Shown one piece after another: positions 50,513-64,000 of a stretch of DNA of 64,000 bases. Position 1 is the first letter of the stretch. Every line of letters starts with the position of its first letter. A program made the position numbers and the translations under genes. Source of the stretch: Octopus sinensis (lineage: Eukaryota); the NCBI RefSeq assembly GCF_006345805.1, contig NC_043007.1, positions 31,434,001-31,498,000 on the forward strand, given 5' to 3'. Below the pieces are notes generated by a model. The model made no database searches, was not told the origin of the DNA, and saw only the letters and a list, made by a program, of their open reading frames with translations.

Positions 50513-50675
50513 TGCGGGTGTGGTTGTGTGGTGAGAGGTTTGCTTCCCATACACGTGGCGTCGGGTTCAGTCCCATTGTGTGGCACCATCGGCAAGTGTC
50601 TTCTACAATAGCACCGGGCTGAACTCACCTTGTGAGTGGATTTGGTAGACGGAAACTAAAAGAAGCCCGTCGTAT
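50513..50675 (+). mobile_element. SINE family A 5' half (duplicate at 52456-52618)
   Basis: Family A head through AAGAAGCCCGTCGTA. Confidence 0.8.
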
Positions 50676-51872
50676 AATAGAGCCAGAACACTAAGACAAT
50701 TTTTTGCCTGAACAAACGAAACATGTATTGATATTTCCCTTTAAAATCTTGGGATATTGCAAACCATATTTGTAATATCCTATGGATGGGAAATACAGCA
50801 ACAAAAACATGTGCTTTGTGGAAACGTACGTAGCAATGTATTAAAGGATTTATGAATTTCCAAACAAAAGTTCTTGCTATTACTGGAATCATCCTACGCC
50901 ACGGTGGCACCAGACCAATAACCTTCTCATAAAATTGCTGTGGAAGACGGGAATAAGCGGTGGCCGGAATAAGTAGCATAGCTTTTTATGAGCGCACTCA
51001 AAAACGTTTCACATATACGAACTGAAAGGATATATATATATTAGCTCCTACACGCATTTTTTCTCTCCTTGTTTCTTTTCTGTGTGTCTTTCTGTCGAAG
51101 AGCGTAGGCTCGAAACGTAAAAGACTTGTTCTATTTATATTCCTGAGCGCCATACTAATACATTTGTTTGTTTGTACTCCACCTGCCTTCGTCTTTTGTT
51201 TATTTTCGTAAACCTTCCCGTTATATATATATATACATACATACATACATACATATATATATTACCGATACCTCATATTTCGTACTTGAGTTCTACTACT
51301 GCAGGGAATTCTTGGGAAAGCATCCAATGCAGTGGTTTGAAAACTGAGCGACACCTGTCTTTCTTTAACCCCATTCCCAAAACTTAGGGATAACTTCCCC
51401 CCCTCCCGTCTTTACTAATCCTTTACGTTTTATGTTTTACTTTTATGTTCCCTGTATAATTCCTCTTCCTCTTCTTACGGTATTGGACGAATTAAAAAAA
51501 TACGTCTAAAACCATCTAATTTTATTAAACATGGAAGTTTGTACCCTTTTCAATCCTCACAGACTTCTCGCTCCTTCGAGAAACATTATCCTAACCTTTA
51601 TTCACTTGGCCAATGCTCATTGATTAGTTTATCCATTAAATCAAGTGTTATCCGATAATACCATGTCCCATATATATAGTCGCCATGATAGATCGGTAGC
51701 CACTACACACATTTTTTTCTCTCTCCTTTTTTTCTCTCCTTGTTTTTTTCTGTAGAAGAGCGTAGGATCGAAACGTAAAAGACTTTTTCAATTCCTGAGC
51801 GTTATACTAATACATGTTTGTTTGTACACCACCTGTCTTCGTCGCTTGTTTTTTTTTTTTTTCGTGAACTCT

Positions 51873-51945
<73 letters not shown>

Positions 51946-52987
51946 TCTTATTTTAAAACTGCTGAATCTTGATATAAGCTTCGTTACTTTGTCTCTCTCC
52001 ACCAGGCAAAGAAAACGATATCTTATAGACATCGTTATATTCGTGACACGCGCGTTTATAGTAACGCGCTTACGATGGTTTTTTTTTCTTTTCTCCATGG
52101 CTGCCGCAGTGAAAATGTACCCACGCGTTTACTTATTATAGATAAACAGCGTTAAGTGATTTCTTCTTCTTCTTGGGTCAGAGGAGCAATGTCAGTAACC
52201 GGAGACGCACTCTTTGTGTCGTTTGCCTGTTCTTATATTTCTTATTTTTATTTAGTGTCATGTTGCACCATTGACATACACCAAGATCAACACCTGGTTT
52301 ACTATGACTTATAGTAAAATGTTACTTAATGTTGCGATTCAAAAAGTCTATTTATATTATTATACCTGCAATGAGAAACATATCTTAGCAATAATGACAA
52401 TTCTTGCTAAGAAAGGCAACGGAGACAACTCCGAAATTTAAACTGAATAAAGAAGTGCGGGTGTGGTTGTGTGGTGAGAGGTTTGCTTCCCATACACGTG
52501 GCGTCGGGTTCAGTCCCATTGTGTGGCACCATCGGCAAGTGTCTTCTACAATAGCACCGGGCTGAACTCACCTTGTGAGTGGATTTGGTAGACGGAAACT
52601 AAAAGAAGCCCGTCGTATAATAGAGCCAGAACACTAAGACAATTTTTTGCCTGAACAAACGAAACATGTATTGATATTTCCCTTTAAAATCTTGGGATAT
52701 TGCAAACCATATTTGTAATATCCTATGGATGGGAAATACAGCAACAAAAACATGTGCTTTGTGGAAACGTACGTAGCAATGTATTAAAGGATTTATGAAT
52801 TTCCAAACAAAAGTTCTTGCTATTACTGGAATCATCCTACGCCACGGTGGCACCAGACCAATAACCTTCTCATAAAATTGCTGTGGAAGACGGGAATAAG
52901 CGGTGGCCGGAATAAGTAGCATAGCTTTTTATGAGCGCACTCAAAAACGTTTCACATATACGAACTGAAAGGATATATATATATATA

Positions 52988-53190
52988 GTTAATCCAAACA
53001 AGAAAACAAAAACCAAAAAACAACAACGCAAGGACGTGGAACAAATAAAGTATTATTGGACGCTCAGGAAAGAAGGGAAGAAGGAGGGTTTAACGTTTCG
53101 AGCGGAGCTCTTCGTCGGAAACATAGGAGAAGGAAAGATCCTGAGAAGGGAAGACAGAGGAAAAAAATCGCTAGTGATACAGACGAGGTC
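52988..53190 (-). mobile_element. ~200-bp Penelope-like element with hammerhead motif (53088-53122)
   Basis: The minus strand reads GTTT-CCGACGA-A-GAGC-TCC-GCTC-GAAAC-GT-T-AAAC. It is homologous to 8616-8812 and has (TA)n flanks. Confidence 0.7.
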
Positions 53191-54559
53191 ATATATATAT
53201 ATATTGAGCTTAGCCACACAACAATGCCTGTGCCTATATAACAGTAGTAGTAGTAGTAGTAGTTGTAGGTATATATCTCATGTCATGACAGCCACCCCTC
53301 AACATTCAAGGAGCGTCTACCGAAGGTAAACGAATCCTTTTGGTTGTCCCCGTCGCTTTAGAAGCCGTCGTTGTTGTTTACTCCCAAGTTAGCTCTAATC
53401 GAGTAGACTAATGATCAAAGGTGTTCCAGCAATGCCCACCCCGCCTTTTTCTTAGAGGCAGTGTTCCACTTCAGTCAATTTATTCTCTTTTACTTTAAAA
53501 ACGCTAGGGTGTGTTCGGAAGTAAATTTTACTGCTATTTCTAGTAAGACGAGCGATCGAATAGAGACTAGCTCGGTTGAAACGAACAATATTTTTAGTTC
53601 TTCCCACGGTTGAGGACACAGGATTCTCTGGTTTTCTCACAAACCGTCCCTGCCCAGTTCCTTTGCATATCAACTATACTTAAGGGAACATAAGACGCCG
53701 CCCTTAAATTTAAAAAAACAAAGTCTCAAAAATCCTCCTGGATTCTATATAAGTTGGACTTCCTATAATCTTTTTTTGATGCCCTAAAAAGATTTTTCTG
53801 AATATGCGCTGCTGGAATCGGCGTGCGACTCATAAGCCTGCTCGTCTTTTATACCATCAAATACAATATATTTTATGTCATCTTGTTGTATTATTATCAT
53901 GATAATTAGCAATTTACCATACACCTCATAATTACTGCCTTAAAAAGAAAACCGTTCTGGCTTCAATCAAGAAATTTCTAATTGCTTGTTTCGATGTAGC
54001 CATAATTAGAATTTATGTTTGTTTTCAGTTGAAGTTTCTCGTGTTTTTGACTTTCTTTTTTATTTACTTGTTCATTATTTGGTTCTTTCTAGATTTCTAG
54101 TGATTATTTTAGTGTAGCATCTCAGGAAAGGAGACGCCGGGCGCTTTTTATTTGAACGCTGAAAGCAAAAATCTCTTTCACTGGCAAAAGTAAGCCTTCG
54201 TACATATACCACGACGAGACGAGAATCTTAATGCTCTTTGACGTCCCACAAACATGCACTTAACTAAATTCGCTTAAAGTATGAAATTAAACGTTGACAT
54301 GTGAAATTCTTGATTTATCAAAATTATCTTCATCTCTACAGGATGTACCATACTCATCAAACTGCAATTAAGACTCGTTCCACTTTAGAAGTTGGGATAG
54401 TCTCAAGATTCAAGGACTCTCCAAAGCTGACATGCCATTCAGATAAAAGACAGACTTACTGTCTGGAGACAAGAGGACAATCAAGGACAAGTAATTCTGG
54501 CTCAATAACCGTTATCAGCACGGCAATAGTCTGACCTTATCTCCAGTAGCCAGAGGACC

Positions 54560-55040
54560 TGGATTTATATAAAATTAAAAAGCTCAGTAGAAAACATCTA
54601 TGCCAAAAATGGGCCAAGAGGAATGACTCAGAATGGCCCGTGGCATGTATTTGAACAACATAAACAAATACAGGCATACAATAAAAATTCTTGATTTACT
54701 AAAATTAGTTCTCAGTTGGGAAAAGTTTAAAAAAGGCGACAGAAAACAGGAAAGGGTCAAGTAAAGGCAGACAGCAATGAATGCCAAAAGTGTGTGCTTA
54801 GTAACAGAAAATAAAACACGAGAGAAGGGTGAACAGAAAGAGGAGAAGGTACGTAGGTAGGTCAGGAAATAGTGTTGATGAATTTCAAGTCGTTTGGACT
54901 TTTCAAAGGATGCAGCGTCTGGCAGATAACAACCAAAGTAGATAACGCAGACGACCATAGTTTCCCCGGGCAATTGTTCCAATTTAACAATATGTAGTTT
55001 CTCAGCAACGATTTCAAATTCGGCTGCGATCATCCTTGTG
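54560..55040 (-). mobile_element. Possible decayed LINE APE-endonuclease fragment
   Basis: SFEKSKRLEIHQHYF weakly resembles the ..F..N.L.I.NTFF motif of RTE-type APE domains. Confidence 0.3.
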
Positions 55041-56640
55041 TTTCATCATTCCACCGAAGAAAAGTGCTTATTAACTTCGAAATCAATGCAAAATAAATAA
55101 ATAAGTATCATTTAATATTTATCCCTCCATCAAAGTGGATGTTGTGTTAGAACAGAGGACACTGCGATAGTTACCGCGAGAGAATCTTGCATATAGGTCT
55201 TTGGTGCATATAGACACTTTTGTTTACATCGCTAGCGGAAGATAAATCACACATCGTCGCCACTGCCGAAATCACGGGATTTCGGCCTTCCCTAGCCTTA
55301 TCGGTAGTAGACACTCGACAGCTGGAGATAGCAGCGATATTTCTGTCATCTCTTTGGCAGTTTATTAGAATTAAAATAAAAATTTAATAGATCGAATGTG
55401 TTCAATATATGAAAGTGAGTGTGTACGTGCGTGCATTCCCGTTGTTATCCCAGCCGACTAGCAAGATATGAGAATAAAGTGAAAGCTATCACACAGGCAC
55501 GAAAACACGCATGCACGCACACATACACACACAGACACACACACACATACACAAAACTGGGTGAGTTTAGGTGCCAGTCAACGAAGGAGCCACCGAGTGG
55601 TCGCTCGATCGAACCATGAGAAATAGCAGCTAAATGTCTCTCTTTCTACCTCCTCTCTCCCTCTAAATCTATCTCTAGCTATCTATCTGTCTGTCTATCT
55701 ATCATCTATCTATCTATCTGTCTATCTTTCTTTCTCTTCTCTTTGCATTTGTTTGTGTGTGTGTGTGTGTATCTGTCTGTCTGTCCCTCTGTCTCTCTAT
55801 CTCTCTGTCTGTCTGCCTCTCTCTCTTTCCTTCTCTGCTTCTCCCTACCATACGCTGCTGTCTCACATAAATAATAGATAATGTGGTCCTACGCATATAT
55901 ACTCCCTTGTCAAAAAAAAAAGCGAAAACAAAAAACAAACAAACAAACGAAAAAGACAAAATAAAATCCCCTCCCCCAGGAGTCTAACGGCTGGATGCTT
56001 TATTGGTTTATGATCATTGGTCCCTCTGCATGACGTGTTTGATGAGAGCTGAACCCAACAACAACAACACCAGCGCCGGCAGTAGTAACAACAGCAATGT
56101 CTTTTTAATGACTTCTTAAATGCTAGAAACGATTTGATGTTAAAGCATTTACACTTTCCAACGATTTCTTCCCGTTTCGTTTTGGTCACCTTTTGTTTAC
56201 TTAACTGACAGATCCATTAGAGACGAGAAGGATTGTTGGTCTTACGATATCATTTCCAGATTTGGAACATCATTTTGAAAAGTTTGTAGCATCTATAGAA
56301 GAACGCCAACTACGAAGAGAATACCTGGTGGTATTTAGTTATGTCAGTTTTACAGTGTGGGATCTTTTAAAATTCCTTCCAGCCACCAGGAGTTTTTCAA
56401 GTTTTTTACATTAATGTAGTTTTGCAAGCTGATGACGAAAATTAGGTTAATTTCCTCAAGAAATTAATAGTGAAGAAAATTACAAACCTCTAAAATTATG
56501 TAATTTTAACCAATTGGAAGTATCCATTGCCGACATAGCGGAAGTCGAAATCGTGTTACATTGAGAACAGTCTTATCATTACGAGACAGAACGTGCGTAC
56601 ATATGTCTGTATGAGGATGTTAGAGTGAGAGAGTGAGTGA

Positions 56641-56694
<54 letters not shown>

Positions 56695-58299
56695 AAAGAA
56701 AGAAAGAAAGAAAGAAAGAAGGAGCTTATATGTGTGTGGAATGAATTTAAAAAGATCTACGGATTGAGTTCAGCTTCACTCCTGGTATTGATTTTATCTT
56801 TTATCCCTCCACGGTCGATAAATAAATACCAGTCGTGTTCTGGTGTTAATTTAATCAACTTTACCCTTTCATAGGCGGCAGAATCTTGAGAGGATCAGAT
56901 ACATTGCCTCGCGGTATTTTGTTCCGAATCCCTGCGTCGTACGTTTAAATTCGGCCAAAATCAACTTTGCTTTCGTCGTTTCGAGGTCGATAAAAAAAAG
57001 TACATCCGTCCTCGTTTTTCACTGATTCATTCAACACTGATCTAGGACAACACGGGATACTCAGTTGTGAATCATGTTACGCTTATCATAGAATGATTTG
57101 TGATAAGCGGAACAGGTCAGCGACCGCTCAAAACAACCGCAAAAACGCGTCCCCCAAACCACCCCAAATGCTCTACTATACAGAATGCGCCGATTATCGC
57201 TTGGGTCCACATGGAACATACTGCAAGGTGGCATATATTTTACACGGATTTATGTAGTCGTATCCATGAACATGGGACCAATGAACAGAAAAGCCACGAA
57301 GGCTCCAGATCAGAACCGTTGTAGCAACATTGTAATCCCTTGGGTAAATCAATACAATGGACGCTAGAGTATTTGTTGACAGCAATCCATAGTATACATA
57401 GATCAGAATTGGGCCCCCTCGGTCATGTGGACCCTGTGCGCATGTCCAGTGTGCCCATGTCTTATGATGACACTGATCCTCATCCTAACAAACAACACAG
57501 GCGAGTGAAATTCTCTACAGGAAACGGTAAAGAGGACCAAGAATATACTTGGCGGTGGAAGCTTCGTTGTTGTGGTGTCGATGAATCTAGCCATTCGATT
57601 CATTTACAAAATGCATGCAGATGATTCATATATCACGGTTGTTATATATTTGTTTTATATTTGTATATATATTACCTTCGAAACGCGGAGTAGGGGACAA
57701 CTGATGAAGGGAATGTTCTTTTTGTTGCATGTCTCGTATCTCTTGTTTTTTTCGTTGTTCGAAAAAAAGAGTTCGTTTTCTATGTTTTTGTTTTTTATGT
57801 TTTCGTTCCTCATTGTGTCTACGTTTTTTTGATGTCTTATACCTCTATATACATGTATATATACATATAGATGTAGGTATGTACATATATGTATGTATAT
57901 ATGCATACAATTATATATTATTTATATTATTATTATATCTATATATATAATCAGTATTATGCAACCTGGCAGTCTTTTTACATGGGATTTCGCCTGTCTT
58001 TTGAACCAAGGCCCTGAAGAGACTCGTATACATAGATATGAATTATTTATAAATCAATGTATAGAACTCGAAGCAAATTGTTGGCTTTATTTGTTTTGTT
58101 TTTTTTAAATGGTTATATTTTATCGTATATTAATACTATATTCTTAGTATATTATCTTATATTGTAATGTAATAAATTGTCAGATTGTCAATTGTATTTC
58201 TCTATTGAATTTATTATTTGTAATATATATATACATATACATACATACATGCATGCATACATGGTGATGTATGTCTCCATGTGCTTCCCATTGTCAATG

Positions 58300-58470
58300 G
58301 CATTTCCGACTTTCCATCCATGACCTCTCAAACGACGATTCAGTCCTGTTGAAGATCTCCATGGTTTGAAGCACACAGGTGACAGACGAGACTCGTGACT
58401 CCCTGTGCGCTTCCAACTGGTTCGGTCTGCACACGCTGCCACTCTGCCATCAATCACCTCAGCACTTTCG
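58300..58470 (-). mobile_element. RTE-clade LINE 3' fragment
   Basis: AACADRTSWKR..SPVCFKPWRSSTGLNRRLRGH resembles the RTE A.DR..WR motif plus a terminal C2H2 motif. Confidence 0.5.
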
Positions 58471-59578
58471 GCAGATGGAATGATAAATGACGAACGAGGT
58501 CACCGCAAAGAAACAACTGTTGGTCGTTGGATTGTCGTGATAAACGCCTGTACAACAGGAAAACCACTCTCTGAGTGTCCATGATAACCATCTAGAAGCG
58601 ACACGATCAGCAAGCACGTGAAATTGGTTTTATATCAGAGTGTTCGTCTCCTGAATATCTGGACGCGCAGTAAAACTAATGGAAGCGAGATACATACATG
58701 CATACATACATACATACATACATACATACATACATACATACATACATACATACATACATACATACATACATACACATACATACATACATACATACACATA
58801 CATACATACATACATACGTGCATGTATACATACATACAGCTACATACATACATACATACATATGCACGCACCCATATACACACATATCTAAAGACACATG
58901 TGGTTCCCTCTAGTGATGGTTGTTAATACAAGGGAGATAACCATCTCTTCGCAACATGTGGCGGGATTAGAAATCTGAATTTGAAGTTATGTATCTATAT
59001 CCTTGTATCCGTGTCTTTGTGTTTGTTCACCTAACCGCTTGACAACCGGTGTTGCTTTGTTTACGTGCCCGAGGCGTAACGGTGCCGCACAAAAGAGATC
59101 GATAAAATAAATAATAGATTTGAAGAAAAATATTTTTTTAATAAGTACTGGGGTCGATTAAAGTCTCACCGACTAAGCTCTTCAAGGCGGTGCTTCAGCA
59201 TGGCCACAATCCCATTACTGAAACAAGGTACAGATTAAAGACATACATACATACATACGTACGTACGTACGTACATACATACATACATACGTACATACAT
59301 ACATACATACATACGTACGTACGTACATACATAAATACGTACGTACGTACATACATAAATACGTACGTACGTACATACATAAATACGTACATACATACAT
59401 ACGTACGTGCGTACATACATACAAAGACTGACAGACATATACATACATACATACATGCATATGTACGTACGTACTTATGTATGTATGTATGCATGCATGC
59501 ATGTATGTATGTATGTATGTTTGTGTGTATGTGTATGTATGCATGTATGTATGTATGATGTATGTATGTATGTTTGTA

Positions 59579-59613
<35 letters not shown>

Positions 59614-59894
59614 ATGTATGTATGTATGTATGTATGTATGGCGCTATGCCAATTAACACAATTCCGATCTTTAACCAATAAATAAAGTAGAAAAAAACCC
59701 AAACAAACTGAAACAAGTAAACATTAGCCGCCTGCCGGCCACCACCCCGTCGCCACCACCCGCGACCTGTTAAGAGGTCATCTTGTTTAACTAATTCTAA
59801 TAAATTTTGGTCTCACCAATTCTCTTATTATCTTCTCTTTCCATTTGTTTGTAATTCTAGCTTTTAACTCATTCTAGTTTTTCTTTCCTATTCA

Positions 59895-60173
59895 TTCTCT
59901 TCTTCTTCTTCTTCTTCTTCTTCTTCTTCTTTCTTCTTCTTCTTCTTCTTCTTCTTCTTCTCCTCCTTCACCTTCTTCTTCTTCTTCTTCTTTCTTCTTC
60001 TTCTTCTTTCACTTCTTCTTCTTTCTTCTTCTTCTTCTTCACTTCTTCTTCTTCTTTCACTTCTTCTTCTTTCACTTCTTCTTCTTCTTCTCCTTCACCT
60101 TCTTCTTCTTTCACTTCTTCTTTCACTTCTTCTTCTTCTTCTTCACTTCTTCTTCTTCTTCACTTCTTCTTTC

Positions 60174-60204
<31 letters not shown>

Positions 60205-60235
60205 CTTCTTCTTCTTCTTCTTTCACTTCTCACAT
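59895..60235. repeat. (CTT)n microsatellite with CTTTCA interruptions
   Basis: Directly visible. Confidence 0.95.
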
Positions 60236-61822
60236 TCACTCTTAATTTTTCGTTCTTTCTGTCTCTTTCTTCTCTGCCGTTCTTTACTCGTCTCTTATTT
60301 ATTTATTTATTCATTTTTTTTTTCTGTCGCCAAAAATTTCTTTCCTCCATCTTTCCCCTTGCTTGCTTTTGTAGTCTTTTGAATGAAATTAGAATGAAAC
60401 AGGTTGAACGAAAGAAGGAAGGTGGAAGGGGGATGGATGTAATGGGTGGGTGGGTGGGGGGTTGACTTTACATGAAAGAAACCTGGATGGGATATAAAGA
60501 TAGGAAAATGCTTTAATATCTGCGAACAGAGGGAAGCTTAGCAGCAGAGGAAGAAAAAAGCAGACAGACAGACAGAGGGAATGAGAGAGAGTGAAAGAGA
60601 GAGGGAGAGAGACAGAGGGAGAAGTAGATTAAATAAAGTGAGGAAAGGAAGATAGATAGATAGATAGACAAAAAGAGAATCGGAGAATGGTGGGGGGGGG
60701 GAGACGGCGTAGAAGAGCGGTATGAGTCACCTGTGAAGTATGCTAAGGCGTTTCAGTCAACGTGACTTCTACGTTCGAAAGCAGCCAAAATGGAGAAGCG
60801 AATTTTTCAACAGGATCGATCGTTCTCTCTCTCTCTCTCTCCCTCACTTACTGCCTCTCTTTCTCTTTCTATCTCTCTCTCTCCCTCACTCACTGCCTCT
60901 CTTTCTCTTTCTTTTTCTATTTCTCTCTCTCTCCCTCACTTACTTCTTCTCTTACTCTTTCTTTTTCTATCTCTCTCTCTCTCCCTCACTTACTTCTTCT
61001 CTTTCTCTTTCTTTTTTTTTCTCTCTCTCTCTCTCCCTCACTTATTTCCACTCTTACTCTTTCTCTTTCTCTCTCTATATCTCTCTCTGTCTCTCTTCTC
61101 ATCTTGCTTTCAGCTGGGGGAAAAAAAAAAAAGAAACGAAATCTCGTCCAGATGAAGACCTGTATGAGCTGTAGACATGTAGAGAGAGAGTTCGGAGGCA
61201 GGAGAGCAGCGGAAGGAATCAATGAATAAAAGAAAGCAGTCGATGGGGGTGGCGGGGATGGAGCAAGATTATAAATAACGAACGAGACGTACATGTACAA
61301 ACGCTTGTGCGCGCGCACACACACACACACGGAGGCGTGCGCGCGAGGAAGAGAGAGCGAGAGTGAGAGAGAGAGAGAGAGAGAGAATTATCTGTCTGAA
61401 TCCCTTCGACGACTTAAAATATGAGAGAATATAATACCATGTGATATTGTATGGTGCAAGCTAACATCGTAGTGTTGTGGGAAATGTGAAGTTTACTACG
61501 CCCTGATTTGATGCAGTTCCCGTCACACGACAGCCAACATGGGTTCGGTTTCAGCTCGCTGTGTCGAAGAATTCGTGTTGGTTGCAAAAAAAAAAAAAGT
61601 TGTCATTTGTATGTAAAATGGTAAATAGTAGCAGTTGAAGAATGTCTTCGATCAATTTCGAGTGGAAGGAAGCAAGCCACAGCAATTACTGCTACAGTGA
61701 CCTGATATCGTTTTAGTTGCAAGCGATTGGAAGACAGGTGTTTAGAACAGACAGCTGAAAGAACGAACGCTGTGAATGAACGAAAGAAGCACCAACGGTG
61801 ACGGTCATGACTGGATTGGGTT

Positions 61823-62272
61823 CTTTTACTTACTTGTTTCAGTCATTTGACTGCAGCCATGCTGGAGCACCGCCTTTAGTCGAGCAACTCGATCCCGGGA
61901 CTTATTCTTTGGAAGCCTAGTACTTATTCTATCGGTCTCTTTTTGCCGAACCGCTAAGTGACGGGGACGTAAACACACCAGCATCGGTTGTCAAGCAATG
62001 CTAGGGGAACAAACACAGACGCACAAACACACACATACATATATATATATTATACTTTGATACTTTGATAGGTTTCGGCCATTATTGGCCCAGGCCATGT
62101 CTAACTTAATAGCACCACCTGGCTTCTTTCAGTTTCCCTCTACCAAATCCACTCACAAGGCATTGGTCGGCCCGGGGCTATAGCAGAAGACACTTGCCCA
62201 AGATGCCACGCAGTGGGACTGAACCCGGAACCATGTGGTTGGTTAGCAAGCTACTTACCACACAGCCACTCC
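61823..62272 (-). mobile_element. SINE family A, full length, with ~70-bp insert in its microsatellite linker
   Basis: Reverse-complement copy; unrelated sequence lies at about 62052-62120. Confidence 0.9.
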
Positions 62273-63448
62273 TTCTCTTATAAAATATCGGTAATGTTGT
62301 TGTTGTTGCTCCTAACTCTTTGCAGTGTTGTCGCTGCCGTTAGTTCTAAAACAGAAAAAGAGAACGAAAAGGAAATAAATGGTTTTGAGAAACGGTGATT
62401 CTTACAACTCTTACGTGATGTTGACTGGATGGACAGAAAACATGAAGTTCACGTGCCAACGAAGAACTAAATCTCTACCCGGTCGCACGAATTGCTAGTA
62501 ATAGCAGCCAACTCTCCACCCCTCGATTCATATTCTATATTACAGGCTTACATTGGATAGACTGTCTTTGTAAAATGACAGGATAACACAGGATGGAACG
62601 CCTTTGATCAGAGGTCTGTTCGATTAGGGTTGAACTGGGGTTAAACAATTAAAGGACTACAGCGACAACGGAAGGGGCCGTTTAAAGAAGGATTTATGCT
62701 GAAAGAGCAACGCATAGAACGTTCGCTTGTGTCTTTGATTTGTTTCAGGCGTTGGGCTGCGGCCATACTGGGGCAACGCCTTGACAGGTCTTAGTCAAAT
62801 GAATTAACCCCGGGACTCGTATATCTTTTAAAAAAAAAACTGGTACTTACTCTATTGGACCCTTATCCCGAACTGTTAAGTTACGGGGACGTAAACAAAC
62901 CAACACTGGTTATCAAATGGGGAGGGGCACAAAGGCAGATACACGCGCGTGCACACACACGTGCACACACACGTGCACACACGCACATATACATGCGTAT
63001 ACATATATGTATATATATGTATATATATACATACATGCATACACACACACACGCACATGCTCACACACACACACACACACACATGCACACACACACACAC
63101 ATACACACACACATACACACACATATCGTTTTTTTATTAGGTTTGCAAGGTTCTTTATGTGAATTCGGGTGGTGAAGCATATTTTGTTGTGTCTGGGGAG
63201 AGTCATCCTGTTTTGATGCCTTATTAATCAACACACTCACCGGTTCGATTTCCACTCATTTATTTTTCATTGCTTCTTGCAACCTCTTCAATAGCTGTCA
63301 TATATATATATATATATTTATATATGAGAGGTATTGGTATCCAGAAGACCCAAGACGGTAGGTAAGTCTATGTAAGTTCTACGAGAGGGCCTTAGTTAGA
63401 CTCTCTACGAGTGAGGAGTCTAATGTGGGTCTTGTGTGTGCATGTCTA

Positions 63449-63641
63449 TGTTAAATAAAATGAGACAACAAAGCCAAGGCTGTGTGGAATTTATAGGACA
63501 TTTATAAAGAGAAAGATAGTCTTACACCTATTTCTGGGATATTAGGGATATCCCAGAAACAGCTGTAAGGCTAATTTTCTCTTTATAAATGTCCTATAAA
63601 TTCCACACAGCCTTGGTTTTATTGTCTCATTTTATTTAACA
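63449..63641. mobile_element. Fold-back element (~90-bp arms) built from Penelope-like terminal sequence
   Basis: TGTTAAATAAAATGAGACAA..GGCTGTGTGGAATTTATAGGACATTTATAAAGAGAAA pairs with the right arm. GAAACAGCTGTA lies at 63556-63567. Confidence 0.85.
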
Positions 63642-63692
63642 CACACACGCTCACACACACACGCTCACACACACACGCTCACACACACACAC

Positions 63693-63744
<52 letters not shown>

Positions 63745-64000
63745 TATATATGTACATAATATATAAGAAATAAATATACATTGAGTATAGAAAACCACAT
63801 ATCGAAAATTCCAAAAAGAAAAAAAAATGGATTAAGGATTTAAAAAAAAAATCGTTAAAATTTCAAACCCTTTCGTGACTTTTGGCCTACTGTATATATT
63901 GTGTCTAATATAAGCAAAATACCCGAAATTTGTTGATTGCACCAACCCTATTTTTTTGGCTGGCACTTTGTTTTATCGTCTCCGAAAGGATTAAGGGGTT

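Larger units (their letters stand above)
49100..52987. repeat. Near-identical ~1.94-kb tandem duplication
   Basis: 49100-51040 is repeated at 51031-52987. An identical 107-aa ORF lies at offset 1943. The differences seen are small indels and microsatellite length. Confidence 0.95.

Noticed and set aside
50656-50979. 107-aa ORF present twice
   Set aside because: The identity is due to the tandem duplication. It ends in an antisense SINE and has no recognisable motif.
53670-53870. Possible Tc2-like MITE
   Set aside because: The termini are too degenerate to confirm TIRs or a TSD.

Overview
This is an AT-rich, repeat-dominated eukaryotic intergenic or intronic window, and I found no host protein-coding exon that I can support. 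The tRNA-derived SINE families and the extreme (TA)n/(CA)n/(TACA)n/(TATC)n density suggest an Octopus genome (inference from recalled family resemblance). Almost all listed ORFs are microsatellite or SINE read-throughs. Recognisable elements are dozens of copies of about 4 SINE families, a decayed Ty3/Gypsy gag-pol (24.85-27.45 kb), 3' fragments of R4/Dong, CR1, Tx1, RTE and Penelope retroelements, pogo and mariner transposase remnants, hAT and mariner MITEs, several fold-back elements, a degenerate 28S rRNA D1 fragment, a near-identical 1.94-kb tandem duplication and a 100-N gap. The most interesting signal is RNA-level. (1) A 470-bp unit occurs as one inverted plus two tandem copies at 30.34-31.62 kb, each carrying a complete type I hammerhead ribozyme motif with an unusually large branched stem II; this looks like a retrozyme or Penelope pLTR. 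(2) A dispersed ~200-bp (TA)n-inserting family carries minimal hammerheads with an atypical CUGUNGA-A core. (3) A Tx1-like LINE is inserted inside a (TATC)n tract.
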